This document shows positions 19,756 to 30,390 of a DNA stretch of 47,717 nt, piece after piece; position 1 is the stretch's first letter; every line of letters starts with the position of its first letter. The translations under genes were made by a program, and so were the position numbers. The DNA is from an uncultured Candidatus Saccharibacteria bacterium (GTDB taxonomy: Bacteria > Patescibacteriota > Dojkabacteria > SC72), in contig CAZQHF010000001.1 in NCBI GenBank assembly GCA_964593535.1, positions 33,406 through 81,122 on the forward strand. The letters run 5' to 3'. The notes beneath the pieces were generated by a model that did not search any database, was not told the origin of the DNA, and was given only the letters and a program-made list of their open reading frames with translations.

Positions 19756-22700
19756 TCTCAATAACCTCCTGTGATTTTTTAGAAATTAATTCCATATTTA
19801 AGCAAAGTGCATTTAATTCTTTAATTAATACTTTAAAGGATTCAGGAACGTTAACATTCTCTGTTTTTTCACCATGTATTATTGCTTTATATGCACCTGA
19901 TCTTCCTTTAATATCGTCTGATTTAATAGTAAGCATCTCTTGCAGTGCATATGGTGCACCATGTGCTTCCAAAGCCCAAACTTCCATTTCACCAAATCTT
20001 TGACCACCTCTTTGTGCTTTTCCACTGAGAGGCTGCTGAGTAACAGCAGTGTATGGTCCTGTAGATCTAGCATGAACTTTTTCATCTGCAATATGATGAA
20101 GTTTAAGTACATACTTCATACCAACTGTCACCTTCCTTGGGAATTTCTTACCTGTTCTTCCATCATACAAATCAACTTTCTCTTCCATTTCAAATCCTTT
20201 TTTCTTCATTTCTTTTTCAAGCCATTCCATATTTACATCCTCAAAAAGAGGAAATGCAAATTTCTCATTAAGAAGTTGTGCATACTGACCAAAATGAACC
20301 TCTTCTGCCTGTCCCATATTCATTCTTTTAAGAAAAGTAGGAGTAAGAACTATATCAACAGGCTGGCCATCTTCTGTAAACGGCATATCTTCAATTGGAC
20401 GGATTGCAGAAACAGTATTTTTATCTCCATGTCTTCCAGATATTTTATCTCCATATCCTAATTTTTTAGTATCAGCTACCCATACCTTTACCTGCTCTAA
20501 TACACCAGGACCTAATTTATCGCCGTTTTGCACAGACAATCTCTGAGTACGGATAACAATGCCTTCTTCTCCATGTGGAAGTCTTAATGAGTTATCTCTT
20601 ACATCACTTGCAGACTCTCCAAATATTGCTCTAAGCAATCTTTCTTCTGCAGTTAACTCCTTCTCTCCTCTTGGAGCAACAACACCAACAAGAATGTCTC
20701 CTGCCTTAACTTTAACTCCTTCTCTTACAATTCCTGATTCATCAAGCTTTTGAAGTATTCTATCATTTACATGAGGAATATCAGCTGAAATAACCTCAGG
20801 ACCAAGCTCTGTATCTTTTACTTCTATTTCATGCTCCCTTATATGAACAGATGTTAGTAAATCATCTCTTACAATTCTTTCAGAAATTACTACAGCATCT
20901 TCATAGTTATAACCCTCATAAAACATTAATGCTGCTCTCAGATTTGTACCTATAGCGAGTTCACCATTAACACATGTAGGACCATCTACAAGGATGTCCC
21001 CTTTCTTAAACTTCTGTCCTACCTGCACAGCAGGCTTCTGAGAGAATGAAGTATTATCATTAGTTCTATAAAAGTTAACTATCTTATACTCTTTCTCTCC
21101 CTCTTTTTTATAATTAACAACAATCCTATTTGCATCTACATACAAAACTTCGCCATCATCTTTAGCAAAGATGCACCAATTTGATTGTCTTGCGACAATT
21201 TCTTCAACACCTGTACCCACAAGTGGAGATTGCTGTTTTACCAAAGGAACAGACTGTCTTTGCATATTTGCACCTGCCAAGGCTCTCATTGCCTCATCGT
21301 GAGATACAAAAGGAATCAAAGACATACCTAAACCTGCCTGCTGATATGTAAGAACATCAACATAATTTACCAGGTTAACATCCTCTAGTATAAAATCACC
21401 TTTATGTCTTACAGGAACTAATGTTTCAAGAATATTATTAAACTCATCGGTATTTACAGATGGAATACTAATATATTTATCTTCCTCCTCTAAAGCATCA
21501 AGATAATCTACCTCTTCTGAGATAAACGGCTTGACTTTTATACTCTTTTTATCCTTTATAGATGAAATCTTCTCTGCTATATCTTTTGTAATAAATGTAC
21601 CTGTCTTTGCAACTCCCTTTATACTTTCATCTAAAATTCTATTTACTAAATCTCCCTTTGTATTCTTTACTTCGCTTTTAACCCTCCTATATGGTGCTTC
21701 AAGGAAACCAAATTCATTAACCCTTGCTAAAATTGCTAACTGTGTAACCACACCAATATTTACACTTTCAGGACTTGTTACAGGATCAAACTTTGCATAC
21801 TGAGAGTTATGAACCTCACGAATTGAAAATGTAGCCCTTTCTTTTGTAATACCACCAGGACCAGCAGCAGTAACTTTTCTTTTATTCTCCAGTTCAGCAA
21901 GAATATTTGTCTGATCCATGAATGTAGAAAGCTGGTTGGCACCAAAGAAAGATTGAATTGAAGCTGCAATAGGCTTAGTACCAACCAACATCGATGGTGT
22001 AACCTTTGCATCTTGCCCATAAAGACTCATTTTATCCCTTATATTCTTCTCCAATCTTCTTACACCACCAAGCAGCTGCCTTTCTAAAACCTCTCCAACA
22101 CTTCTAATTCTTCTGTTAAATAAATGATCTATATCATCAGAAGGTTCAACACCGTTATTTATCTTAATTAATTTCTTTATAATAAGGATAATATCTTCAG
22201 GATAAAGGACTGCTTCATCAGGATTATGAACATCATATGTTGTTCCAAGCTTTCTATTTAACTGATATCTGCCTATCTTACCAAGATCAAACTTTTTTCT
22301 ATTAAAGAAGTTGCTTTTAATATATTTCTCAGCACTATCCAGTGTAACAGATTCATCAGGTCTCAACTTGTTATATATACTAATGATTGCATCTTCTTTA
22401 CTCTTAGTAAAATCTCTAGCTAGTGTTGCCTCTATATACTTGTATTCTGGATGAGTATCAACATCCTTAAACAAATTAAGTATTTCCTGATCTGTTTCAT
22501 ACCCAAAAACTCTTAATAACTCAGTAATTAATACCTTAGGTCTTTTAGGAACTATTCTAATAGATATCACATTGTATTTATTTGTTTCAATTTCATACCA
22601 TGGTCCTCTACTAGGCATAAGTCTTGCACTATGTAAAGTTCTGTATGGAAGAATCTCAGTTTCTTCAAAAAGAACACCCTCTGCTCTAACTATCTGATGT

Positions 22701-23101
22701 GTAACCACCCTTCTTACACCATTGACAATAAAAGAACCATCTTCAGTCATCATCGGAAGATCTGCAATAAAGATCTCCTGTTCTTTTATTTCTCCTGTTT
22801 TATTATTAAGCAATTGAACAGTAGAATATACAGGGACTTCATAAGAAAGCCCTTTATTTAATGCCTCTTCAATACCAACATAAGGTTCCCCATACCTAAA
22901 AGACTTAAATTCCAATGTCCACATTCTCTCCATTGTATCCTTTACAGGACTAATCTCTCCGAAGAGTCTTTGGAAACCTCCATCATAAAAATCCTTAAAA
23001 GAGGATTTTTGAGCTTCAATTAGACTTGGTATTTCAAAAGAGGAGGAAAAACCTTTTCCTAAATTAATTCTGGAAGCTCTATTTCGCCTTGGTTCTATCA
23101 T
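19745..23101 (-). CDS. rpoB: DNA-directed RNA polymerase subunit beta
   Basis: 1118 aa. [24 protein letters not shown]-like [15 protein letters not shown], and [13 protein letters not shown]. It overlaps the rpoC start by 11 nt. Confidence 0.98.
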   Translation of the reverse strand: MIEPRRNRASRINLGKGFSSSFEIPSLIEAQKSSFKDFYDGGFQRLFGEISPVKDTMERMWTLEFKSFRYGEPYVGIEEALNKGLSYEVPVYSTVQLLNNKTGEIKEQEIFIADLPMMTEDGSFIVNGVRRVVTHQIVRAEGVLFEETEILPYRTLHSARLMPSRGPWYEIETNKYNVISIRIVPKRPKVLITELLRVFGYETDQEILNLFKDVDTHPEYKYIEATLARDFTKSKEDAIISIYNKLRPDESVTLDSAEKYIKSNFFNRKKFDLGKIGRYQLNRKLGTTYDVHNPDEAVLYPEDIILIIKKLIKINNGVEPSDDIDHLFNRRIRSVGEVLERQLLGGVRRLEKNIRDKMSLYGQDAKVTPSMLVGTKPIAASIQSFFGANQLSTFMDQTNILAELENKRKVTAAGPGGITKERATFSIREVHNSQYAKFDPVTSPESVNIGVVTQLAILARVNEFGFLEAPYRRVKSEVKNTKGDLVNRILDESIKGVAKTGTFITKDIAEKISSIKDKKSIKVKPFISEEVDYLDALEEEDKYISIPSVNTDEFNNILETLVPVRHKGDFILEDVNLVNYVDVLTYQQAGLGMSLIPFVSHDEAMRALAGANMQRQSVPLVKQQSPLVGTGVEEIVARQSNWCIFAKDDGEVLYVDANRIVVNYKKEGEKEYKIVNFYRTNDNTSFSQKPAVQVGQKFKKGDILVDGPTCVNGELAIGTNLRAALMFYEGYNYEDAVVISERIVRDDLLTSVHIREHEIEVKDTELGPEVISADIPHVNDRILQKLDESGIVREGVKVKAGDILVGVVAPRGEKELTAEERLLRAIFGESASDVRDNSLRLPHGEEGIVIRTQRLSVQNGDKLGPGVLEQVKVWVADTKKLGYGDKISGRHGDKNTVSAIRPIEDMPFTEDGQPVDIVLTPTFLKRMNMGQAEEVHFGQYAQLLNEKFAFPLFEDVNMEWLEKEMKKKGFEMEEKVDLYDGRTGKKFPRKVTVGMKYVLKLHHIADEKVHARSTGPYTAVTQQPLSGKAQRGGQRFGEMEVWALEAHGAPYALQEMLTIKSDDIKGRSGAYKAIIHGEKTENVNVPESFKVLIKELNALCLNMELISKKSQEVIENEQ
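19764..19770 (-). promoter_or_regulatory. Shine-Dalgarno of rpoC
   Basis: Minus-strand AGGAGGT lies 8 nt before ATG 19755, inside the 3' end of rpoB. It is one of only two strong SDs I found at gene starts in the window. Confidence 0.6.
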
Positions 23102-23223
23102 AAACAGTAGTTTATAGGTTATAAATTACATGTAACAAAGCGATAATTTCCTGGCCATCAAAAATGACCTAGAAACAACACAAATACCGCTTTAATAAAA
23201 GCAAACTTAAACTGACTCTGGCG

Positions 23224-23252
23224 AGTTTATCACATTTATACAATATAGTCAA
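23224..23252 (-). promoter_or_regulatory. Candidate sigma-70 promoter of rpoB
   Basis: The minus strand reads TTGACT (23252-23247), N17, TAAACT (23229-23224). This would give a leader of roughly 115 nt. Confidence 0.4.
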
Positions 23253-23370
23253 AGGATTTCAGACATTTTTGCAATTATTTTTCTTAGAAGATAATATATG
23301 AGTGGAAATATTTTGTCAAAAGTTGTAAATTCCTTTATTATATATATACCAATTTATCCATAATTATATT

Positions 23371-25581
23371 ATGTCCCGCAAAAAGAAAAAGAAAGAAATA
23401 AATATAAAGAGTTCAGAAACCAAAACTTTCTTTGGTTTAATACTACTTGTACTATCTATAGCATTAATATTAACTCCCTTTATTAATGAAGATGCTCCTG
23501 TATTTATACAGATATCTACACTTCTTGGCTGGCCATCTGTTGTATGGGGGATTGCAATATTAGGACTTTCCATAAACCTTCTTACTCAAGGGAAGCATTT
23601 CAGTAAAAGTGTTCAGACATTTGGATTAATTCTTTTATCAATAGTTTTAAATACACTTTTAACATTCTGGGTCCCTATAGAAAGCCTAGAGAATGTGTCT
23701 ACACTACAAAGAGCAGGAGGAAGTTTAGGCAAGAGTCTGCATATAGCAATTAACAATATCACTGGTGATGTTCTTGAATTAATAATACTGATTGTTCTCC
23801 TTGTTGTTGCATTTTCTATGATAACTGGAGTTCAAATTAAACAGATAGCAGAGGTAATTAGTCAAATATTTTCAAAGATTTCATTTAAAGACTTGCCTCA
23901 AAAGATTGAATCGGCAATGGATGAAGGGAAAATGATAATAAATGGTGAAGAGCTACCACAAAATGAAGAAAATAGTTTAAGAACAGATATTCCAGAACAA
24001 CTTCATATTGAAGATGGCAGTAGCAACTTATCAAGTAATGTTAATACACCAGTAACAAGGATGCCACAAGCACAAGTCCCAATTATAAATAATGTAGAAA
24101 ACGGTAACACAGACCTAGCTCCTGCGAAACCAAAATATCTCAACTGGAAATATCCTAGCATTGAAGGATTACAAGAGCCAGTAAAAAGCGAACAGCCAAA
24201 AGAAGTATATAAAAATGAGGCAAGAGTTATAGAAACAGTTCTTAGAAGCTTTAATATTCCCGCAAAAGTAGTTGGAATAACAATAGGACCTACAGTTGTG
24301 AGATATGCATTAGCAATACCTGCTGGTGTTGCAGTGAATAGAGTAAAGAGACAAAGCAGTGATATAGAAGTGGCTCTAAAGGTTAGTAGAGGAATGATGA
24401 GAATTGAAGCCCCAATTCCAGGAACTTCATATATTGGAATAGAAATACCAAACAAAAGCCCTAACTATGTATATATGAAAGAAATGGCAAGGAAACTTCT
24501 TTCAGAAGCAGATAGATATGAACTCCCCCTTATATTAGGAAGAGATATAACTGGGAATCCAGAAATTAGGGACTTAGTTAATATGCCACACTTACTTGTT
24601 GCAGGTATGACAAGAGCAGGAAAGTCTGTTGGAATAAACTCTATACTTGGAGGATTACTGCTAACAAAGACTCCTGATGAGCTCAAGTTCATACTTGTAG
24701 ATCCAAAAATTGTAGAAATGGAAGCATATAATGGAATTCCTCATTTAATAACCCCTGTTATAAATGATATGGAACTTGTTATAAATGCACTGGAGTGGAC
24801 AACAAGCGAAATGATGAAAAGATATAGAATGATGAAACAAGTTCTTGCTAAAAATATAGTTCAGTACAATCAAAAAATGGGATATCCTGCAATGCCGTAT
24901 CTAATAATAGTAATAGATGAAATGGCAGATTTAATGCTTGTTGCAGGACCTGATGTAGAATCAAAAATCCAAAGAATTGCACAAATGGGGAGAGCTGTTG
25001 GGATTCACTTAATACTAGCAACTCAAAAGCCAGTAGTAACAGTTATTACAGGTTTAATAAAGTCAAATATTTCAGGAAGAATAGCATATGCGGTACCTTC
25101 AGCAATGGATTCAAGAGTAATTTTAGATCAGACAGGAGCTGAAAACCTACTTGGAAATGGAGATATGCTGTACAAAGATCAAACAATGTCGAAACCAATA
25201 AGAATACAAGGTTGCTTCATATCTACAGAAGATTCTATGTATATTATAAATCAAGTTAAATCACAAAAGATGGAAGAAACGGAAGAAAGTGAACTTGATA
25301 TAACCAAACCATCAAGGGAAGGGTATGGTGGTATTCCAGATAAAAGAGAACCTGAATTCCCACAAGCTCTTGATGTTGTCATTGCAGAAGGAAAAGCTTC
25401 AGCTTCTCTTTTACAGAGAAGATTAAATATAGGGTACAATAAAGCAGCAAGACTAATGGAACAGCTTGAAAGTGCAGGAGCTATAGGAAAGCAAGATGGT
25501 GTTAAACCAAGAGATGTTTTAGTTTCCTCCGCATCTGAGATATTAGGCAATTCGGAGAACAATGAACAAGAAAGCTTCTAG
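23371..25581 (+). CDS. ftsK: DNA translocase FtsK/SpoIIIE
   Basis: Several N-terminal TM helices, Walker A AGMTRAGKSV, Walker B LIIVIDEMADL, and a C-terminal gamma winged helix ASLLQRRLNIGYNKAARLMEQLE. Confidence 0.95.
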   Translation: MSRKKKKKEINIKSSETKTFFGLILLVLSIALILTPFINEDAPVFIQISTLLGWPSVVWGIAILGLSINLLTQGKHFSKSVQTFGLILLSIVLNTLLTFWVPIESLENVSTLQRAGGSLGKSLHIAINNITGDVLELIILIVLLVVAFSMITGVQIKQIAEVISQIFSKISFKDLPQKIESAMDEGKMIINGEELPQNEENSLRTDIPEQLHIEDGSSNLSSNVNTPVTRMPQAQVPIINNVENGNTDLAPAKPKYLNWKYPSIEGLQEPVKSEQPKEVYKNEARVIETVLRSFNIPAKVVGITIGPTVVRYALAIPAGVAVNRVKRQSSDIEVALKVSRGMMRIEAPIPGTSYIGIEIPNKSPNYVYMKEMARKLLSEADRYELPLILGRDITGNPEIRDLVNMPHLLVAGMTRAGKSVGINSILGGLLLTKTPDELKFILVDPKIVEMEAYNGIPHLITPVINDMELVINALEWTTSEMMKRYRMMKQVLAKNIVQYNQKMGYPAMPYLIIVIDEMADLMLVAGPDVESKIQRIAQMGRAVGIHLILATQKPVVTVITGLIKSNISGRIAYAVPSAMDSRVILDQTGAENLLGNGDMLYKDQTMSKPIRIQGCFISTEDSMYIINQVKSQKMEETEESELDITKPSREGYGGIPDKREPEFPQALDVVIAEGKASASLLQRRLNIGYNKAARLMEQLESAGAIGKQDGVKPRDVLVSSASEILGNSENNEQESF

Positions 25582-25584
25582 TTT

Positions 25585-25593
25585 TGATATACT
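25585..25593 (+). promoter_or_regulatory. Candidate extended -10 (TGaTATACT) 9 nt before the rodZ-like ATG
   Basis: ttTGATATACTctctcatatATG. There is no SD. Confidence 0.4.
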
Positions 25594-25602
25594 CTCTCAT
25601 AT

Positions 25603-26535
25603 ATGATAACCGCTGGTGAAGTAATAAAAGAAAAGAGAAAAGCCCTTGGGAAAAGCCTGGATACAATAAGCTCAGATACTAAAATACAAAAAAGATATCT
25701 AGAATATATCGAGAATAATGAATTTGATAAGTTTGATTCTCCAGTATTTGCTTCTGGTTTTATAAAAATATATGCACAATACTTAGGTCTAGATGTTGAT
25801 AAAGTTCTTGCACTATACAGAAGAAGTCTAAATATACCATCAAAAACTCAAAAAATTAAAAAACCAGTAAGAGAAAAGAGAAAAATTAAAATATCTCCGA
25901 AGTCAATAGGATTAGGATTACTAATACTCTTTATAATCTCAATTGCAGGATATATTGGTTATCAGATATATAAATTTCAAAAACCCCCCGAGTTAACAAT
26001 ATTACAACCGCAAGATGCGTCTTTATCTCAAGAAGAGAATATTTTAATAAAAGGAAAAACTCAATCAGGAACAATTATTGAAATAAACGAAAAACAGGTA
26101 AAAGCAAATAATAATGGAGATTTTGAATATGAATACAAACTTACACAAGGAGTAAATACAATATCAATAAAGGCATGGAAGGAAACAAATACAGAACTGC
26201 AAAACAAAATTACATTAAGAGTCACATATACACCAAAAGATGAAGTGATAACAACACCTATGGAAACAAAAGAGTTTATTCTTACACTATCTATAACCAA
26301 TTTCCCAGCATGGATTAAGTTAGATGTTGATGGAGAAAACAAAATATCTGCAGTACTTCAAGAAAACACCCAGCATGAATACAAAGTAGAGAAAACATTT
26401 ACCTTAGTTACAGGAAAAGCAAACAACACCTCTTTAAAAGTAAATGAGGAAGAGATTAAAATCCTGTCATCTGCACAGACAGGTATAGGTCAGATTACCT
26501 GTAATATCCAAGAAAATAAACTGCTCTGCGAATAA
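25603..26535 (+). CDS. rodZ: RodZ-like cytoskeleton protein (HTH, TM helix, C-terminal beta domain)
   Basis: The N-terminal GEVIKEKRKALGKSLDTISSDTKIQKRYLEYIENNEF...FASGFIKIYAQYLGLD is the RodZ-type HTH. It has a single TM helix (IGLGLLILFIISIAGYIGY). Confidence 0.7.
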   Translation: MITAGEVIKEKRKALGKSLDTISSDTKIQKRYLEYIENNEFDKFDSPVFASGFIKIYAQYLGLDVDKVLALYRRSLNIPSKTQKIKKPVREKRKIKISPKSIGLGLLILFIISIAGYIGYQIYKFQKPPELTILQPQDASLSQEENILIKGKTQSGTIIEINEKQVKANNNGDFEYEYKLTQGVNTISIKAWKETNTELQNKITLRVTYTPKDEVITTPMETKEFILTLSITNFPAWIKLDVDGENKISAVLQENTQHEYKVEKTFTLVTGKANNTSLKVNEEEIKILSSAQTGIGQITCNIQENKLLCE

Positions 26536-26546
26536 CTCGCAGAAAT

Positions 26547-26555
26547 TGATATAAT
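26547..26555 (+). promoter_or_regulatory. Candidate extended -10 (TGaTATAAT) 5 nt before the dnaG ATG
   Basis: atTGATATAATtagatATG. The spacing places the transcription start at or next to the start codon. Confidence 0.45.
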
Positions 26556-26560
26556 TAGAT

Positions 26561-28288
26561 ATGGAATCTTCAAGAGATCAAATAGAAGAGATTAAAAGCA
26601 GGTTGGATATTGTTGATGTTATAGGAAAGTACTTACCTTTGAAGAAAGCAGGAAAAAACTATACTGCAAAATGTCCTTTTCATACTGAAAAAACTCCCTC
26701 TTTTATGGTAAGCCCAGAGCTTCAAAGATATAAATGCTTTGGATGTGGTGAGAATGGAGATATCTTTACATTTGTTCAAAAAATAGAAAATATTGATTTT
26801 CCAGAAGCATTAGAAAAACTTTCAAAAGAAGCTGGAGTAACTTTAACCAGACAAAAAGCTAACACCTTTTTTGAGAGATTAGAAGAAATTAATAGAAAAG
26901 CTGCAATATACTTCTATAAACAGTTAAAAGACCCTAAGAATATACAAGCATTAAATTATGTTAAAGAAGAAAGAGGAATAACAGATGAAAGTATTAAGAA
27001 CTTCGGTATAGGGTATGCTCCAGGAGGATTGGGTCTTTTAAACTATATTCAAAAAGAAAATAAATACACAAAAAGCGAACTCCTTCAATCAGGGCTTTTT
27101 GTTGAAAAAGAAGGAAAGTTAAGGGATAAATTCTTTAAAAGAATAATGTTTCCAATAAGGTCATCAACTGGAAAAGTAATAGCTTTTACAGGAAGAGTTC
27201 TGCCTGGCAATAAGTTTGGACCTAAATATATGAACTCACCAGAGACACCAATATATCATAAAAAAGATAACCTTTATGGACAGTATGAATCAAGACAGGA
27301 AGCACGAAAACAAGATCTCATAATACTGTGTGAGGGAACAACGGATGTAATTTCTGCACATCAAATAGGAGTGAAAAATATCGTAGCACCTCTTGGCACA
27401 TCTCTTACAAAAGAACAGCTTGAGAAAGTATCAAAATTAACAAAAAATATCCTTTTTCTTTTTGATAGTGATAGTGCAGGACAAAAGGCTCTAGAAAGAG
27501 CATTTGTCCTTTCACAAGAGCTATCTTTAAATACTTACGCTGCAACAACAGTTCCATACAAAGATATCGATGAAATGATAAAGGCAGACCCAGAGAAATT
27601 TAAGAAAATAATTCTCAAGAAATTAGATGCCTATACTTACCTTCTCACCCAGTTTGTCGCGTCACGAGATATAAATCGTTATGAAGATTATCAGCAGATT
27701 GTTTCATGGATAGAAAGAATGTTGTCAAATGTGAAGAATCCTACACTTTTGCACTACTATTTTCAAAAGACTTTTAAGATCACAAAAATTGAACCATTAA
27801 AAAAGCTTGATATGACGCCAGTTTCACACCAAACGAAAAATAAGCATATCATGACTAGCAAAATTACTACCCATGAAGAAGATTTCCTTCAACTGCTTTT
27901 ATTCCAAAATGACCTATATACTGTGGAAAATTTCGACTTAAAATTTTTTGAAGATGAAAGAGTCAAAGAAATAATCACATATGCAAAAGAAAATTCTAAT
28001 ACCACAAGAGAAGAAATTCTAAAAAATTTTGATGATAACGACAGGATAAAAGAGCTTATAGAGAATGCTATATTCTCCTTTTCGATGGAAAAAAGTTCCA
28101 CGCAAGATTTACTTAATATGTATAATACAATTATCCGTGATTACTTCACTAGAAAAGAGAGGGAGTATGGTGTTAAAATAGCTACAGCAGAAGAGACAGG
28201 AAATATAAAAGAGAGTGAAAGACTGCTTAAAGAGTTTCAAGCTTTAACTAAAGAAAAACAAAAATATGAGCAAAGTAGCAGATTATGA
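26561..28288 (+). CDS. dnaG: DNA primase DnaG
   Basis: Zinc-binding CPFHTEKTPSFMVSPELQRYKCFGCGENGD and TOPRIM ILCEGTTDVISAHQ...LFDSDSAGQKA. Confidence 0.97.
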   Translation: MESSRDQIEEIKSRLDIVDVIGKYLPLKKAGKNYTAKCPFHTEKTPSFMVSPELQRYKCFGCGENGDIFTFVQKIENIDFPEALEKLSKEAGVTLTRQKANTFFERLEEINRKAAIYFYKQLKDPKNIQALNYVKEERGITDESIKNFGIGYAPGGLGLLNYIQKENKYTKSELLQSGLFVEKEGKLRDKFFKRIMFPIRSSTGKVIAFTGRVLPGNKFGPKYMNSPETPIYHKKDNLYGQYESRQEARKQDLIILCEGTTDVISAHQIGVKNIVAPLGTSLTKEQLEKVSKLTKNILFLFDSDSAGQKALERAFVLSQELSLNTYAATTVPYKDIDEMIKADPEKFKKIILKKLDAYTYLLTQFVASRDINRYEDYQQIVSWIERMLSNVKNPTLLHYYFQKTFKITKIEPLKKLDMTPVSHQTKNKHIMTSKITTHEEDFLQLLLFQNDLYTVENFDLKFFEDERVKEIITYAKENSNTTREEILKNFDDNDRIKELIENAIFSFSMEKSSTQDLLNMYNTIIRDYFTRKEREYGVKIATAEETGNIKESERLLKEFQALTKEKQKYEQSSRL

Positions 28289-29192
28289 TACATACGATTA
28301 TGACTACAGTACATACTGGAGTAAAAGGAAGTATGAACATAAATCTGAAAGTCTTGTACTAAAAAAACTATTAAAAAACGAAAAGGGAAAATGGTTTCTT
28401 GATGTTGGTGGTTCTTTTGGCAGACTTACAGATAGCTATTACAAAAAATATTCAAAACCAGTAATAGCTGACTACTCTCTTAAAACTCTTCAAAAAAACT
28501 ATAAAGATTTAAAAAACAAATATCCTAATATAGAGTTAATTGCTGCAAATGCCTATTTTCTCCCATTTAAAGATAATGTCTTTGATGGAACGCTTATGGT
28601 AAGGGTATTGCACCATATTGAAGACCCACAAAAATGCATATCCGAGATATTTAGAACACAAAGTGATAATGGGATATACATTCAAGAATTTGCAAATAAA
28701 ATACATATTAAAGCAACTGTAAAAGCACTTTTTACTCTAAATTTCTCATTTTTTAATATCTCTCCATATCAACAACCTGATAAGCATCATTATGAAGGTA
28801 CTAAGCAGGGATCTCATGTTCTTTTTCTAAACTATCATCCTAAATATATTCGTAAAATCCTTAAAGATGCAGGATACATTATAGAGAAAAAATATGGCTG
28901 TTCCTTCTTAAGAGTCAATATTCTTAAAAAGATTTTTAAAACAGACTTTCTTCTTTTCTGGGAGAATATATTTCAAAATATACTTTCCTTTACAAATTTT
29001 TCTCCGAGCATATTTATAAAAGCAGTAGCTAAAAAGGAAAGTAATAAAAAAGAAGATAGTAAAAGAATTGAAGATATTTTAGTATGTCCACAATGTAAAG
29101 GAGAGTTGGAAATAACAAGTAAAAGAGCAGTTTGCAGACATTGTAAAAAGGAATATATCAAAAAAGACAATATTTGGGATTTTAGAGTTTAA
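28266..29192 (+). CDS. Class I SAM-dependent methyltransferase with a C-terminal Trm112-like zinc ribbon
   Basis: FLDVGGSFGRL (motif I), FDGTLMVRVLHHI, and C-terminal LVCPQCKGELEITSKRAVCRHCKKEY. It overlaps the dnaG 3' end by 23 nt. Confidence 0.8.
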   Translation: MSKVADYDTYDYDYSTYWSKRKYEHKSESLVLKKLLKNEKGKWFLDVGGSFGRLTDSYYKKYSKPVIADYSLKTLQKNYKDLKNKYPNIELIAANAYFLPFKDNVFDGTLMVRVLHHIEDPQKCISEIFRTQSDNGIYIQEFANKIHIKATVKALFTLNFSFFNISPYQQPDKHHYEGTKQGSHVLFLNYHPKYIRKILKDAGYIIEKKYGCSFLRVNILKKIFKTDFLLFWENIFQNILSFTNFSPSIFIKAVAKKESNKKEDSKRIEDILVCPQCKGELEITSKRAVCRHCKKEYIKKDNIWDFRV

Positions 29193-29920
29193 TGAAGGCT
29201 AAAAAGTCTTTAGGTCAAAACTTTTTTGTAAACGAAAATTTAGGAAACTATATCGTTGATATTCTTTCAAACTCAAATTGTACATCGGTAGTAGAAATAG
29301 GACCAGGGTTAGGTTTCTTTACAGAAAAGCTAATTAAGAAATTTAAAAATGTAATAGTAATAGAAAAAGATAAGGAAATTGCACAAAATCTTAAATTCCA
29401 ATTCCCAAAGGTTTTAGTAATTAATAACGATTTCTTAGATATTGACCTTGATACAATCGCAGATCAAAATACAACCTTTTTTGGGTCACTCCCTTTTAAT
29501 GTATCAAAAAAAATAATAAAGAAAATAATAGAAAGCAGATATTTTACAAATCCATCATTTTTTATTATTCAAAAGGAAGTTGCTGAGAAATATTTATACA
29601 AACAGCCATACTCCATTCTTTCTCTTACAACAGCAATATATGCTGATTGTAAAAAAGTATTTGATATCTCTCCTGACTCATTTAGGCCAAAACCTCATGT
29701 AACCAGCTCCTTTATTTCATTTTCTCCAACAGAGAGAAAAATTGATAACAAAGAAGACATTGCTAATCTTATTAAACTCTCATTTAGACAGCCAAGAAAG
29801 AATATATTAAACAATCTTAAGGGTACAAGGTTTGAAAAAGGCACACAGGAGTTTAAGAATTTAAGACCAGAGCAGTTATCATTAGATGACTATATTAAGC
29901 TATATAAATATTCTTTCTAA
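29192..29920 (+). CDS. rsmA: 16S rRNA (adenine1518/1519-N6)-dimethyltransferase RsmA/KsgA
   Basis: KKSLGQNFFVNENL, VVEIGPGLGFFT and GSLPFNVS. TAATG overlaps the stop of the preceding gene. Confidence 0.9.
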   Translation: MKAKKSLGQNFFVNENLGNYIVDILSNSNCTSVVEIGPGLGFFTEKLIKKFKNVIVIEKDKEIAQNLKFQFPKVLVINNDFLDIDLDTIADQNTTFFGSLPFNVSKKIIKKIIESRYFTNPSFFIIQKEVAEKYLYKQPYSILSLTTAIYADCKKVFDISPDSFRPKPHVTSSFISFSPTERKIDNKEDIANLIKLSFRQPRKNILNNLKGTRFEKGTQEFKNLRPEQLSLDDYIKLYKYSF

Positions 29921-29925
29921 GCATT

Positions 29926-29934
29926 TGGTATAAT
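29926..29934 (+). promoter_or_regulatory. Candidate extended -10 (TGgTATAAT) 7 nt before ATG 29942
   Basis: ttTGGTATAATtgctttaATG. Confidence 0.4.
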
Positions 29935-29941
29935 TGCTTTA

Positions 29942-30388
29942 ATGACAAAGAAGGAAAAAGAAAAACAGTTAGAGCTAACTCTTCCAGATACACCTAAAAA
30001 TATCTATTACAAATACAAAAACCAGTATGAATTATGGCTTGCTGGAATAGAAACAAAAAAGTTTGTAAAAGATCCACTTACCTGGTTTGTAATAATAACA
30101 TCACTAACTCTTACTGCTACTCAAGTTTATACAATACTAAGTGAAACTCAAATTCCAAGTAAAGTACCAATCTTTAATTATTTCCTTAACCCATCAAAAA
30201 GACTTGCTGCTAATCAATACATTTATTTTTTCCCTATTCTATGTTTTTTAATACTGTTATGTACAATTGCTCTCTCAAACAGTTATTACCATAAAGAGAG
30301 AATATTGATAAAGGTTCTTGAGATAGTTTGTCTTCTTGCAAATATCTCAATCTGTTTCGTATTTATGAAATTAGTTTTAATCTTTTAA
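29942..30388 (+). CDS. Hypothetical membrane protein (about 3 TM helices)
   Basis: 148-aa ORF with a Lys-rich N-terminus and then hydrophobic helices (WFVIITSLTLTATQVY, YFFPILCFLILLCTIAL, VCLLANISICFVFMKLVLIF). No motif recognised. Confidence 0.55.
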   Translation: MTKKEKEKQLELTLPDTPKNIYYKYKNQYELWLAGIETKKFVKDPLTWFVIITSLTLTATQVYTILSETQIPSKVPIFNYFLNPSKRLAANQYIYFFPILCFLILLCTIALSNSYYHKERILIKVLEIVCLLANISICFVFMKLVLIF

Positions 30389-30390
30389 AA

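Noticed and set aside
23298-23363. A 21-codon upstream ORF (MSGNILSKVVNSFIIYIPIYP) ahead of ftsK.
   Set aside because: It has no SD and no promoter spacing like the other starts. It overlaps the better-supported ftsK promoter candidates and is indistinguishable from chance in AT-rich DNA.
23102-23370. The rpoB/ftsK divergent spacer considered as a replication origin, based on a DnaA-box-like TTATCCATA at 23354-23362.
   Set aside because: There is a single one-mismatch box, no cluster of boxes, no adjacent dnaA or dnaN, and no distinct AT-rich unwinding repeats beyond the background composition.
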